Shown here: piece after piece, positions 18,392 through 36,589 of the stretch
Layout: every line of letters begins with the position of its first letter
Numbering within the stretch: position 1 is the stretch's first letter
Origin: the human T2T-CHM13v2.0 reference genome, Homo sapiens
DNA: 64,000 nt
Direction: 5' to 3' (one strand)
NCBI RefSeq assembly: GCF_009914755.1
Contig: NC_060934.1
The notes under the pieces: model-generated
Told to the model about the DNA's origin: nothing
What the model saw: the letters and a program-made list of their open reading frames with translations, nothing else
The model's database searches: none
Program-made: the position numbers and the translations under genes

Positions 18392-20275
18392 AGTAACAGT
18401 GAAAATGGAGCAAAAAAGCAGGGAATACGATGGGGATTTGTGACTGACTCATCAACCAAAAGGGAAAAGGGGGGCCATCCTGAATGGGGTAGGTGAGCAT
18501 GAACAGCCCCTGACAAAAGGTGATGGCTCATTTACTAAATATTTCATTAGTGGTTATCTAAGAATTTAGCCAGGTAGAGGGATGCAGCTGCAATAATTCT
18601 GGGATTTAAAAGACATGAGGAGAAAATATCTATCAAGAGAGCAGAGTTGCAGGCTACCGCAAAATTATATTGAGGCCCTGGGAAAAAATGAGAAACTGAG
18701 GGAGTTAACAAGTAACTAATGGCTAAATGGGAGAGCCAGAGGACTTCTCTGGTCATTAATAAAAGGGCTGTTATATCCTGTGGTGGAAAAACAGACATGG
18801 CTAAGCAGAAAACTGAAGATCTGATGGAGTTATAGGGATTCAGAGATGTTTGAATACTCAATCAATTAAGCTGGTCTGTTATGCTATCAGGGCTATATTG
18901 GAAAAACCCAGTACCCTGAAATATGAGATAGGCCCATTTAGATGGATTTCAGCTCCAAATATTGGAGCTGAAGACCTCCCTGAACCCTCAGAGTTTAGTG
19001 ACCACCCTTCCCTAATAAGAGGTAGCACCTGCCCTGAGTTGGAAAACCTGGCAGAAGCCTATCCCTGCAAGGCAACAGTTGATCCCTTTGGGAGCCACTC
19101 CCACCTCCTCTCCTGGATACCAGGCTGATAACTAGAATTAAAGCCCAGGATAGCCCAACTAAGAAAACAAATGAGACTATGTAGCCAGGAGTTATGAAAA
19201 TTAGCTAAGATGTATCAATAGGAGCCAGAGATATACTCCTAGGATTGGATTTTGAAAGAGCTTGATCAAGGGGGCCAGGATGTACAACTGGATAACCAAG
19301 AATTCAGTGACTTCAGGTTACTCTCTTGAGATGTGGGATTTAACACTCTGGCATGGATCCCAGTGGATGGGGCAAACTCCCTGCTAGGGTGACTTTTAGA
19401 GGTCTGCAAAAAGTAATAGCCATGTTGAGCAACGTAGAAGTACCTGAGTTGCCCTGGCAGATGGTAAAGACAGGTATGTATAAAAGAGACTGAAGGAAGT
19501 GGTTGGAATGGATATATTAATAAGGACAGAAGATTCATCAGAGGATGTTCCAGGGGAGAACCCAAAGGACACCATTTGCTAAGGCCATTAGGAATGTGCT
19601 GGTGAGAGGCACACAGCATCACTAAGAAGTTCAGTGATGGCTGTTATCTGCAGGCCAGTTTTGGACTTGGCAATAACCGTAAGGATGGTGGTTGGAGAGG
19701 CAAAGCAATAGAGCCTTAGGTGTCGGTGCTTAACTTCCAGAAGCCAAAAAGTTACAATTACTATAATGACTAGCAAGGTCAGAGGGGCAGCCAAGGGTCC
19801 TTGACTGGCAGAGAGTTACACAAATGGTTAACAGAGCATGACATCACCAGGGGCAAATATAATAGATGAGCAGACTACATGAGTGTTAGTTAACAACTGT
19901 AATCACAAAAAAAAGACAAAAATGGATGACTGGGAAACTGAGGATTGTTGCCCCAATCAAGAGTCCTGATCCTTTGCTAGTTAGTCCCTGGTCCCGAGCC
20001 AATTTGCAGATCCAGAACCCTTTGACTGAAGACATGGCCAGGACTTTAGGAGGGGTGCTGTAGCATTATATATTATAATTCTCCTTCCTCAAAGGGACCT
20101 ATGGTCATTTACTCAGGTGACTGTAAACTAAGGAAAAGGAGAAAACAAATACATTTTGAGGAATATTTAATACAGGCTCTGAGCAGACAGTGACACCTGG
20201 AAACCCAAAGTATTATCATGCCCTCCTTATTCCAGAGGAATTTATGGAGGCCAGGCAATAAGTGGAATCCTAGAA
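18392..20275 (+). mobile_element. ERVL (HERV16-like) internal region: degenerate gag and start of protease, 3' truncated
   Basis: About 19210-19460 reads as ERVL gag (ggattggattttg...cttgatcaagggggc...ggatttaacactctggca). About 20090-20210 reads as the protease N-terminus, a degenerate form of D-L-x-x-F-T-Q-V-T-V...DTGSE...PGNPK. Confidence 0.7.
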
Positions 20276-21134
20276 TTGTGCTTAATGCAAATTAGATGCC
20301 TATTACTTATTGACTGATTTGATTCACTACAAGAATGGTTATGAAAAATAAGGAGAAAGATTTTATTCCTTGGACATGACTACAAAAAATAATCTTCCAT
20401 GTACAAATTCTACAGGCAAAAACATAATTAGCAAAAAATGTTGATATGAGAGTTATTGCTAGGAGGTTGAAATTCTAAGCAAGAATTTATTAGACTGAAG
20501 GTTTCTAGGAAAGGCAAGAATTGCAAGGACAGTTCTTCCATTAGGCTGAAATAAGCTCACGAGGTCAACAAAGAATTATGATTGATTAGGAAGGACCTAT
20601 TTCCTCTTCTTTTGGAGGCCTTTAACTTCTACTTCACTTGCCCTCCATTTAAAAGCTTTCTTCCTATGGTGATCTGTTTCAAGATCCTAGCCAGAGGCAT
20701 AGGAGCCTCCAACCAGCAGTCAAGGGCATTCTGAGTATCAGAAGTATTTAATTCAGTAGGGACATATGCAAGAATCTATTCCTTTACAGTTTAACTACTT
20801 TTGTACACAACATTATATCCTTATATTCTCCTATAATTTTTTAAATGAGACTAGCTCTAGGATCCTGTGGGTTCCTTTCTCTAATTAATACACCATCAAT
20901 AGAGAATCAAAGGTTCAGTTATCAGATTGTCTTTCTTTCTCTAAGCCAGTCCAGAAGGGTGGATAGGACTTACTATTGCATAGTCTTCAAATATAACTAC
21001 CCAATTAAACTGGTCTAGATACTTTTAGGATATATAGCAGTGATCTCCCTTATAATTTGTAATTCCCTGCTGTAAACTGCAATCTGCATATGGAAATTTT
21101 AAGTTGGGTCATCCTTATAAGTCTCCAAAAACAC

Positions 21135-21385
21135 TTCTGGAAAGGGACATTTTGGCAATATGTATCAAAAGCTTTAAAAACGTATATATGCTTTGACTAA
21201 AAATCTCCACTTCTAAAATTTTTTTCTGAGGAAATAATCAGAATGGGATGCACAAGTGCATAAGAATGTTCATCTCAGCTTTATTTCATGGCAAACAGAG
21301 AGGATGACTAAAAAGAAGAGTGAATAAATAAATCTATACGATGAAATTCAATCAATAAAGGTACTATAGAAAAATTTATCTTTTG
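21135..21385 (+). mobile_element. L1ME-like fragment
   Basis: ttggcaatatgtatcaaaagc...gaatgttcatctcagctttattt motif. Confidence 0.55.
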
Positions 21386-21386
21386 A

Positions 21387-21671
21387 GGCCAGGGACAGTG
21401 GCTCATGCCTTTGGGAGGCTAAGGTGAAAGGATTGCTTTTGAGCTCAGGAGTTTGAGATCAGCCTGGGCAACATAGTGAGACCTTATCTCTACAAAAAAT
21501 TTTAAAAATTAGCCAGGCATTGTGGTACATGCCTGTAGTTCCACCTACTGGGGGGCTGAGGTGGGAGGATCACTTGAGCCCAAGGAGGTCAAGGGTGCAG
21601 GGTGCAGTGAGCCATGACTGTGTCACTGCACTCCAGTATGGGTGACGGAGTGACATCCTGTAGCAAAAAAA
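21387..21671 (+). mobile_element. Alu (AluJ-like) with a small internal deletion and duplication
   Basis: Dimer lacking gtaatcccagcac in the left arm; gggtgcagggtgcag duplication. Confidence 0.88.
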
Positions 21672-23229
21672 GGATAAAAATCAACATCAGAAAATTTGGA
21701 TCAACTTTTGGATAAATATATATACTTAAAACATATTTTCATATGTCTGTAAATACATATATACATTCCTATCTATACACACATACACAGTAAAAGCAGA
21801 GAGACAGTAAGGACTAGAATAAAAAAGAACAAAATAATTGAGTATTAGTGCTCTGATCATCTTTTACAGTTCTCCTTGGCAAGACTAATATATTCAAGAG
21901 AAAAATTCCTATTTGCTCCATATATCAAGCAGAAAACAGAAGCTAGACATCCACAGCTATTAAAACAACAACCACTACCAAAACAAACAACAAAAAAAGT
22001 AGTATTCTGTTTAAATGATTGTGTCAGCTCTCTCTTTCTCTCTCTTGCTTCTTGGGACTTGACTGTATTGTTAGTGTTATCCATGTGGGAGAAACCTAAG
22101 TCAGCTGCACAATCAGATCAGAAATCTGGTGGAGGCTCTCAAGGGGTTCCTATTCATCCCAACCCCCTTCCCCACTAATTGTATCCTCCATTCCTTCAGT
22201 CTTCATGGATCTGGTGGGTGAGGCATGGGGCTGGTCAGGAAAAAGCAGCAGGGCAGATGCTGCAGTTTTAAGTGAAATCAGGTGTTGCTTTCCCTGAAGT
22301 AAGATCTGGAAAATGTCAACCTTAAGTAACCGGTACTGGCAGCTGAACACGTAGTCTTCCCCACTGGGCTCAGTGTTTCCTTTCCCTGCAAGAAGTACCT
22401 AGGCTTTTCCCTTTCCTCTTGCATTGCCCCATCTCCTTCATCGTGGGACTCTTTAGAGTTCATTGAATAAAAATTTCCATTTTGTAGATACTCATCTGAC
22501 ATGATTCTAAGTATGTTGGAAATGGAAAAGTGGCAATAGAATCCACAAGTGTCAAATAAAACACACTTTAGTGTTGTTGGTGACCTAGGCTTCAACCTGT
22601 GGAGGAAATATAAAAGATTTCTTGGAGGAATGGGGAGAAACAACTGAGTCCTGGCTCTTTTCTCCATATGCTGAGAGATACAGGCAGAAACACAGCACAC
22701 AAATTTGATAAAGCCAAAGTATTAAATGGAGCTGAGAGAACATTCCTTAGATTTCCTTTCTTTTTCTTCTGCTAGGCCAGTCTGGAACTATTTCATTGCA
22801 GAATTGCAATCCAGATTGCAGAAACACACATGTGCACATGCACAGCTGATATATGATCATCTTTCTTGTCTCTGGTTGATTTGCATATTGTGCCTCAGCA
22901 CATTCTGGGATTGAACCAAGTAATGATGGAGGAGGTCTGGAACCCCATCTTAACTAGGGCACATCTCCATTGGGAGAAACCAGTCTCACATACATCGAAG
23001 GGTACCAGGATGAAACATAGATCACTATGAGTATGGGGTGAGTGCCAGTTATTCTCTAGTCTAGTTGGGGCAAATGCAATCTGTGATGAAGCCCAACAAT
23101 TATAAGTTTAGTTGATATCTAAAGAGCAAATCAGTGGGACAACCTTAGAACTTAAAATTCTGAAAAACTGTGCAACAACTATAGGAAAAGAGCACTGTAC
23201 TAGGAACTACTGCTAAATCTTCACTAAGA

Positions 23230-24075
<846 letters not shown>

Positions 24076-24092
24076 TAAACAGCGTATCTACA

Positions 24093-24665
24093 GATCACCT
24101 ATGTAGTATTCTTGCCAAACATATTTAAACAGAATCTAACAATAAGGAAGCAATCAGATAAATCCAGATTTAGGTGCATTTTATAAGAAAACTTGCTTGC
24201 ACTCTTAAAAAAATGTCAATGTCACACAAGACAAAATATAATTAGGGAAACGAGTCTAGATTTTAAAAGACTAAAGAGACAAGAAAACTAAATGTAAGTG
24301 TGATTCTTGCTTGGATCCGAGATTGGTGGGGTAGTGGGTGGGAATAGCCAGCATACACATTATTGAATAATTAGGAAAAATTAGTATACAAACTGTGTAT
24401 TAGATGATTATTGAATCAATGAATATTGGGTTTCTTAGGTGTAGTAATAGTATTGTGATTATTCAGGAGAATGTTCTTAGTATAGGAGATGCATGCTAAG
24501 GGCTAAAATGTCATGATGTTTGCAACTTACTCTCAAACAATTCAGCCAATCTTACATAGGTGATAGAGAGAAAGCAAATTTGGTAAAATGTAAACAATTG
24601 ATTAATTTAGTCTTTCAACTTTCATTTCTGTTTAAAAGTTTTCAAAATAAAAAGTTAAGAAGAAA
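24093..24665 (+). mobile_element. Old L1 (L1MC/L1ME) 3' UTR
   Basis: gtattcttgccaaa...caatcagataaatccaga...gactaaagagaca...aaagttttcaaaataaaaagtt. Confidence 0.65.
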
Positions 24666-25499
24666 AAATAAGAAGAAAGAAAAGATCTTTGCCAGTCACC
24701 ACTGCTAAACTTTTCTTCCAGTAGACAACTTTCATGTTACAAAAACAACTTGAAGTTCCGGGAGATTAAAAAACAAATGGTAGGGAGGTCAGTAAGGTTA
24801 AATTACCAAAGCCATTTACTCTCATCCCTATCACCTTGGGCAGGCTTAATTAGAGAGTAAACACAATAACACAATTGACCCAAAACCTAAAAGCTATATA
24901 TAGAAGTAGATAGGTAGTTCAACAGACAAATTGAATTCAAACCAGTCATTTTGTTTTTTACATACACGAGAATATAAAAACAATTACATGCAAACTCTCA
25001 TTGAATCTTCATAATAACCAAATGAGATACTTAGCTTCATTTTAGAAATGGGAAAACCAAGGCAAAACCAAATTGAATTCCATACTAGAGTTTTTATAAC
25101 TGTCAAACCAATAATGTGCATTATTATATAATATTAGAGGTTTTCCAAGAGTAAACACATTACCCTTTTAAAAACAGGATGGTTGAGTCTTGGTTTCTCT
25201 TCTATTAGCATTATTAATTTGTTGTTTGTCCTCTATAATTTTCTTTTGCCTTATAACAAAACAATTTTTAAAAACCTCTATGTTAAGCCCTGATAAAAAT
25301 TCTTATTGCATTTAGACGAGCAACCCAGAGGTTGTTTATGGAGGAGTCCCTGCCTCCTTGTCCTTCTTCTTCCCTTGTCACATCATGCTCTTTTATGCCC
25401 TAAGCTACAGCCACATTTAACTACTTGTACTTACTTGAAAGCACAGGTTCTGTCAGGCCACCAGGATTTCTTGATGGTAGTTTAAATTAAGGGAAACAT

Positions 25500-25852
25500 G
25501 ATGTGGCCCTTCATGGCACAGGTATGCCTAACGCAAACATACTAGACACAGCAACACGCAAGACCAACTCTATACATACAGGGAGTCAGGACACCATGAT
25601 TCTGCTTGCTATGATTTCTTCTGGTTTGGCCTTGAGGTTTCTCTCCATAGAGGCCATAATCCAGGACACCCACTTTCAGGGAGAGCCCCAAATGGGAGGA
25701 AAGTTAGGGTCAGGTGTGTCAGTTAGGTGGGACACAGAGGTGGGTGCATAACAAAACACATGAAATAACAGAATAATTTTATTAAAGATCCATGGGAGAA
25801 GCACATGCCCATGAGGACCAACAAGAAATCTGGAGACTGCAGGATGCTCAGT

Positions 25853-25916
<64 letters not shown>

Positions 25917-26305
25917 AAGAAAGACCTGTTAGCCAAAGCCTTTATTGGGATCTAGGGTATTACCCAACTAGGTTTCTCTTACGAAGCTCTAATTGGTGGG
26001 TTTAGAGCAAGAAGGCATGAGTTCTGGGGGGTCACACTGTGACTGAGATGTGGTCTCTGTGGCATATCTACACAGTTAGTGCGGGATGTGAGGGTCAGTG
26101 GGGCAAGTCAAGTAAGTTTTATCTAGCTGTCCCACAGGGAAGTGGTCAGGAGGCAGTTATATCTGGATCAACCACACTGAGAAACTGGGAGGAGGTGTAA
26201 ATGGAAACTGTCAAGGGTGACTGAGCCCTGCTTCTGGTATAAGGAAGTAAAATTTATATTCAAAATGGATGCCGAGGCAATGCACACTTACAAGAATTCA
26301 CTACA
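25500..26305 (-). mobile_element. ERVL-class LTR (MER54/MER73-like) with a short internal stub and an internal (GA)n
   Basis: Minus strand begins tgtagtgaattcttg...gcctcggcatccattttgaatat...ccagaagcagggctcagtcacccttgacagtttcc. Left boundary approximate. Confidence 0.6.
25852..25912. repeat. (GA)n microsatellite
   Basis: About 30 GA units with one interruption. Confidence 0.95.
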
Positions 26306-28404
26306 TTGCTTCCATATTGGCTACTTAGGCAAATCCCTTATCCTCAATGAGCCTCAGTTTGTTCATCTATAAAGTAGATGATTAAATCAGATGATCTCCA
26401 ATGTTCATTTGCTCTGTGCTCTCAATGTCCATGAATCTATGAACTTGCTATGAATAAATTACAAAGGAGATTAAATTTTAGCAAAGAAGAGATTTTCTTA
26501 GGAGAAATTATCTTAAAGAAGTTGTGAAAGTCAAATAAAGGATAAAGTTCCAAATCACAGTCAGGTTTAATGGACTTCACTGATGATATAAAAGAAATCC
26601 AAAACATGCCATCTTTAAGATTTATATCAAATTGCAAATGAATATCTAAATAACATGTTGAAAAAGACATTAAGAGACAGATTAATTTTAAACTGCAGTA
26701 TGAAATTCAGCTCCTCTTTCGGTTACTAGGCAGAAGACAGGCTCAGAGTCTGTGAATCTATGTAAATGTAGCCCATGAAGGAGAAAAATTAGTTTCTTAG
26801 TGTCTCATTTTCCATCACCTGTTAGATTCAGAGATAAATTATTTAAAGCTCTGGGGAAGACTAGTACCCAATATAACTAATAAAATAATACTTTTAAATC
26901 ACTCAATCTCTCAACTCTCTTTTCTTTCAAAAGACTCAAAGCTCTTTCCACACACTGAAATGGACACTTGGGTGGGGTGGAATCAAGTGTCTTAAAGCTA
27001 GAGAAAGAACCCCTCCCACATTATTCAACTCACTCAATGTGAGCAGTGGAAGAACAAATGAGGAAAGGTACCACTTTCCACAATTTCACCCCTTTATTCA
27101 GGGGATAGCTCAGGCAAATAGTGATACCAGAAAAAGCAGATGTATTTACACACACCATGGGTTCTCCTCTACCCACATAAGCTCTAACAGAGTTATCTTC
27201 AGAATTCAAATATTAACATGTATTGTTGGTCATAAATTTTTATTTTAAAATGTTCTTAGATCTTCAGAAGCAAAACTAATAAGGATATTTTAAGAGGACT
27301 CTAGCATTCATTCATTAATTTATTCAACATTTATTGAATATCGAGTCATAGCATGCACTGAGGTAAAAGGAATATAAAATGAATAAGACAGTCCCTAATT
27401 TCTAAAAGCTCACAAACTAGAAACCAGACCTAATACTGCCAGTGTTTTTGAGAGTAATTATATTCAAGTCCAAACCACTGGAAGTAACTTGGAAGGTTTT
27501 TACTAAGAGGCTGACATCAAAGGGTAGGGAATTGCCTGATTTCTAAGAGACTTGCTAGAGAGCCACACATTAGTTACAAGCACGGGGGTCTCTCATAATA
27601 TATATTTTTTTCTCCTTCAAGCTCAGATTTCTCTGAGAAAAATTTTTAAAAATTCCATGAACTAAAATTGTTTTCTCTATGACAATAAAATGGAGGGAGG
27701 AAGAGAGAGGGGAAGGGGAAGAAATGGTATATGTAGGAAGGCAGAATTAGAAAGGAGGTTCTGAGATCTGTTTACAAAGTGCTCAGAAAGCAGGTGATGT
27801 CTTCTTTCTGGTAAATTATGGGCAGAAAGTTTAAGAGCTGAGGGAAGCTTGCAAAGTGCTGATATAAAAATGAAACCATAATCAAACACAAAAGACAGAA
27901 GATCTCTAATTCTTATAGAAAATTTAGTTTATAGTGTTGGCAATGATTAAATAAATAGCTAAATTTTTATTAGAAGGTATTTCATTTGTACTTAAATGTT
28001 TATATTTTCTCCAAACTTGCTCTTTGTTATAACTTTTAAGTCATGTACAAATAATCGTAGTGGGAAAATCACAGATGCATACTTAGAATTGAGTTTGTTA
28101 TATCAATAAAACATCTTTTAAGGACAATTAAAAATCAATAGCAGTTTTGTTTGAGAACTTTCATTCCAACTACAGCAGGGAAGATGGCCGGGGGACTGAA
28201 TAGTGGAGATTGAGAAAGAAAGAGAATCTAGGAGATCACTGCAATACCATAGCCACAAAATAGGCTTTTGATTGCTTGGCTAGGGAAGATGAAAAAAATG
28301 CAAGATGACTGCAAGTTTTCAATAGGAAGGAAGTTGTGAGTAATAATATAATTGAAATAAATAGATCTTAAAACAGAGCAAAACTTCTGAGAAAATTTCT
28401 CAGG

Positions 28405-28901
28405 ACTTGACTCAAATGTCACTTTTTCAGTGAAGTCTTGTGTGGCAGGAAACAAAAATGGAATGATCACTGCACCATTTCCTCTTCCTGGGCAGACAAA
28501 AGAACATTTCCTGGATTCCCTTGTAGTTAGGGTGGGAGCATATGACTTAGTTTTGGCCAGTGGGATGTATGTAGGAGTGATGTGCCACTTCCAGGCCAAG
28601 AAACTTGCTGAATACTGATCTACCTTTATCTCTTTCTGCCCCTAGAAACAATGTCTCTGTGGCAGCATCACGATATGTAGGAAGCCTGGAATCCTGAGTC
28701 ACTAGATGACACGATGAGCCACCTATATCAGACTTATTCTGAACAAAAGCTAAACTTTTGTTGGGCTAAACCACTAACATCTAGATTTAGTGCTACAGCA
28801 TAGCATAGCTTATTTTTATTAATACATCTTGCTTGGCTACCATACCCAAAATTTCCACAAGCCTCTGCCCCTATGAAAGAAAAACACCCATATATCCACT
28901 T
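28405..28901 (+). mobile_element. L2 3' region, 5' part (split first by MLT1, then by the L1HS plus transduction block)
   Basis: ctcaaatgtcactttttcagtgaagtcttg resumes after the MLT1 as cttggctaccatacccaaaatt..., and continues again at 36590. Confidence 0.65.
28441..28826 (+). mobile_element. MaLR solo LTR (MLT1I/J-like) with 5-bp TSD
   Basis: TG...CA ends (tgtggcagg...taataca); tcttg at 28436-28440 and 28827-28831; MLT1 motif gtgatgtgccacttccaggcc. Confidence 0.85.
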
Positions 28902-28921
28902 TTTTTTTTTTTTTTTTTTTT
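28891..28921 (-). repeat. Distal TSD (tatatccactt) plus second poly(A) tail of the L1HS insertion
   Basis: tatatccactt at 28891-28901 is identical to 36590-36600; followed by a pure T run to 28921. Confidence 0.88.
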
Positions 28922-30520
28922 GATTTTTAAATTTGGTATTGGAGTAAGATAGGCTTTCCTAAGCACAAATGAAAAAGAACTGAACACTGAAAAATATTTG
29001 ACTTTATGACAGTTTAAATTTATACATTAAATAAACAGTGGCAAAATTACAAAACAAATAAACTGAAAATAAATGTTTAAAACTTATATGAGTAATGGAT
29101 ATCATATCGTTAACATAAACGAAGTGCTAACCAGAAAGACGTACACCTAAATAGAAAAATTGGCAAAAGACGTAAGCAAGTAATTTATAAAAGAAAAAAT
29201 ATAAAAATCCCAAGAAACATATAAAAATACATATTTCAACTTTACTTGTAATCAAAGAAATATAAATTAAAACATTTTCTCCACCAAATTGGCAGAATAA
29301 TTTAATATCCAATATTAATGAGGAAGAGAATGAACAATCAGCTTTTAGTCTGCTGGTGGGAATGTAACCCAGCACCTACCTGAAGGGCAACTTGGCAATG
29401 TATATCCAAATCTTGAAAAATTTATATCGTTGGATCTAGTCATTTCACTTCTAGAAATTTATCCAAAAGAACTAATTAGAGATGTGTACAAAGATTTATA
29501 TATATGGATGTTTTTTGTTGAAATATTTACATTTTCAAATTGGATTAATCTAAGTAACCCAAAATAGAACATTGGCTAAAATAATTTATGGTACATTAAT
29601 ATGATGAAATACTATGCAGAAATTTTTTAAAAAGTATTTTAAGAAACATTTAGCTATTTGAGAAAATGTTGATTAATGTGAAGTAGAAGTACATAATGAA
29701 ACATTACATAAAATGTAACCTTAATTTTATAAGAAGATACTATTTATAACACTTATATGTACATATATTTACATTATATATGGAAGACTAAAAAAACCCA
29801 AAATCTTGTATATATGTATATATTTATCAATCATATATTATACATTTAACAATAAAATCTAAAAGAAATTTAAAATAAAATACACCCAAGTGTTAGACAT
29901 TATTATAGTTGGGAATTAATTTAATTTTTTTCCTGAAAACCAAAAACTATAAAACGTTGCTGAGGGCATTTAATGAAGACTGGAATAAATGGAAAGATAT
30001 ATGATGTTGATGGGTTGGAAGATTCAATATGGTAAAAATAGCAATTCCCCCCAAATTGATTTTTAGATTCAATAAAATCCCAATCAATTTCCCAGCATGT
30101 TTGTGTGTGCATGTTTGTGTATGTGGAAGGAGAGAAGACAATTGGTGTAAAATTTATACAGAAGTGCAAACATCCAAGAATATTCAAGACTGTGTTAGAG
30201 AAGAAATGAAGTTGAAGATTTTACATAAGTAGATGTCAAGACTTATTATAAAGCTATAATAATTAAGCCAATGTAATGTTGATGAGAGGAGAGACATATT
30301 GGCCAGTGGAATAGACTAGAGTCCAGAAACAGATCCACACATATTTAGTCAGCTAGGGCCACTGGTAGGGTATGTAGGACCCTGGGAAAATATGTTCTGT
30401 AGGGCTCCTGACTATATAAATAATTTGATTAAAATGTATTACAAAATGTATGGGCCCAAATGAGACTTAAGAATTTTTGATGAAGAGTTAGAATAATGGG
30501 TTGAGTGGGTCTACTTCCCT
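28922..30520 (-). other. L1-mediated 3' transduced segment (~1.6 kb; old L1M fragments and a hAT-like fragment)
   Basis: Lies between the L1HS poly(A) tract (30521-30572) and a second poly(A)/TSD; the flanking L2 is continuous when the block is removed. Confidence 0.82.
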
Positions 30521-30780
30521 GTTTGTTTATTTATTTATTTTTTTTTATTTTTTTTTTAATGTTTTTTTTTTTTTTATTATACTCTAAGTTTTAGGGAACA
30601 TGTGCACATTGTGCAGGTTAGTTACATATGTATACATGTGCCATGCTGGTGCGCTGCACCCACTAACGTGTCATCTAGCATTAGGTATATCTCCCAATGC
30701 TATCCCTCCCCCCTCCCCCGACCCCACCACAGTCCCCAGAGTGTGATATTCCCCTTCCTGTGTCCATGTGATCTCATTGT

Positions 30781-34603
<3,823 letters not shown>

Positions 34604-34666
34604 TATGATGTTAGCTGGTGATTTTGCTCATTAGTTGATGCAGTTTCTTCCTAGTCTCGATGGTCT

Positions 34667-35683
34667 TTACATTTTGGCATGATTTTGCAGCGGCTGGTAC
34701 CGGTTGTTCCTTTCCATGTTTAGCGCTTCCTTCAGGAGCTCTTTTAGGGCAGGCCTGGTGGTGACAAAATCTCTCAGCATTTGCTTGTCTATAAAGTATT
34801 TTATTTCTCCTTCACTTATGAAGCTTTGTTTGGCTGGATATGAAATTCTGGGTTGAAAATTCTTTTCTTTAAGAATGTTGAATATTGGCCCCCACTCTCT
34901 TCTGGCTTGTAGGGTTTCTGCCGAGAGATCCGCTGTTAGTCTGATGGGCTTTCCTTTGAGGGTAACCCGACCTTTCTCTCTGGCTGCCCTTAACATTTTT
35001 TCCTTCATTTCAACTTTGGTGAATCTGACAATTATGTGTCTTGGAGTTGCTCTTCTCGAGGAGTATCTTTGTGGCATTCTCTGTATTTCCTGAATCTGAA
35101 CGTTGGCCTGCCTTGCTAGATTGGGGAAGTTCTCCTGGATAATATCCTGCAGAGTGTTTTCCAACTTGGTTCCATTCTCCACATCACTTTCAGGTACACC
35201 AATCAGACGTAGATTTGGTCTTTTCACATAGTCCCATATTTCTTGGAGGCTTTGCTCATTTCTTTTTATTCTTTTTTCTCTAAACTTCCCTTCTCGCTTC
35301 ATTTCATTCATTTCATCTTCCATTGCTGATACCCTTTCTTCCAGTTGATCGCATCGGCTCCTGAGGCTTCTGCATTCTTCACGTAGTTCTCGAGCCTTGG
35401 TTTTCAGCTCCATCAGCTCCTTTAAGCACTTCTCTGTATTGGTTATTCTAGTTATACAATCTTCTAAATTTTTTTCAAAGTTTTCAACTTCTTTGCCTTT
35501 GGTTTGAATGTCCTCCCGTAGCTCAGAGTAATTTGATCATCTGAAGCCTTCTTCTCTCAGCTCGTCAAAATCATTCTCCATCCAGCTTTGTTCTGTTGCT
35601 GGTGAGGAACTGCGTTCCTTTGGAGGAGGAGAGGCGCTCTGCGTTTTAGAGTTTCCAGTTTTTCTGTTCTGTTTTTTCCCCAT
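34667..35683 (-). pseudogene. ORF1: L1 ORF1p with premature stop R49* and an altered YPAKLS motif
   Basis: ATG at 35683 (MGKKQNRK...), 1017-nt frame; TGA at 35537-35539; YPAKQS in place of YPAKLS. Confidence 0.93.
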
Positions 35684-36589
35684 CTTTGTGGTTTTATCTA
35701 CTTTTGGTCTTTGATGATGGTGATGTACAGATGGGTTTTCGGTGTAGATGTCCTTTCTGGTTGTTAGTTTTCCTTCTAACAGACAGGACCCTCAGCTGCA
35801 GGTCTGTTGGAATACCCTGCCGTGTGAGGTGTCAGTGTGCCCCTGCTGGGGGGTGCCTCCCAGTTAGGCTGCTCGGGGGTCAGGGGTCAGGGACCCACTT
35901 GAGGAGGCAGTCTGCCCGTTCTCAGATCTCCAGCTGCGTGCTGGGAGAACCACTGCTCTCTTCAAAGCTGTCAGACAGGGACACTTAAGTCTGCAGAGGT
36001 TACTGCTGTCTTTTTGTTTGTCTGTGCCCTGCCCCCAGAGGTGGAGCCTACAGAGGCAGGCAGGCCTCCTTGAGCTGTGGTGGGCTCCACCCAGTTCGAG
36101 CTTCCCGGCTGCTTTGTTTATGTAAGCAAGCCTGGGCAATGGCAGGCGCCCCTCCCCCAGCCTCGTTGCCGCCTTGCAGTTTGATCTCAGACTGCTGTGC
36201 TAGCAATTAGCGAGATTCCGTGGGCGTAGGACCCTCTGAGCCAGGTGTGGGATATCGTCTCGTGGTGCGCTGTTTCTTAAGCCGGTCTGAAAAGCGCAAT
36301 ATTTGGGTGGGAGTGACCCGATTTTCCAGGTGCGTCCGTCACCCCTTTCTTTGACTCGGAAAGGGAACTCCCTGACCCCTTGCGCTTCCCAGGTGAGGCA
36401 ATGCCTCGCCCTGCTTCGGCTCGCGCACGGTGCGCACACACACTGGCCTGCACCCACTGTCTGGCACTCCCTAGTGAGATGAACCCGGTACCTCAGATGG
36501 AAATGCAGAAATCACCCGTCTTCTGCGTCGCTCACGCTGGGAGCTGTAGACCGGAGCTGTTCCTATTCGGCCATCTTGGCTCCTCCTCC
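35684..36589 (-). promoter_or_regulatory. L1HS 5' UTR: CpG-rich internal sense promoter and antisense promoter; YY1 site intact
   Basis: High CpG density; AAGATGGCC (YY1) at 36569-36577 on the minus strand. Promoter function is established knowledge for L1HS 5' UTRs. Confidence 0.85.
36139..36354 (+). pseudogene. ORF0: L1 antisense ORF0 with premature stop Q24*
   Basis: ATG at 36139 gives MAGAPPPASLPPCSLISDCCASN, then TAG at 36208-36210 where ORF0 has CAG. End coordinate inferred from the 71-aa length. Confidence 0.8.

Noticed and set aside
26953-26992. Short stem gacacttg...caagtgtc
   Set aside because: Only 8-9 bp; expected by chance in 64 kb.
30500-30530. L1HS TSD directly beside its first poly(A)
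   Set aside because: The sequence there (ctacttccctg) does not match the 5' flank tatatccactt; the match is at 28891.
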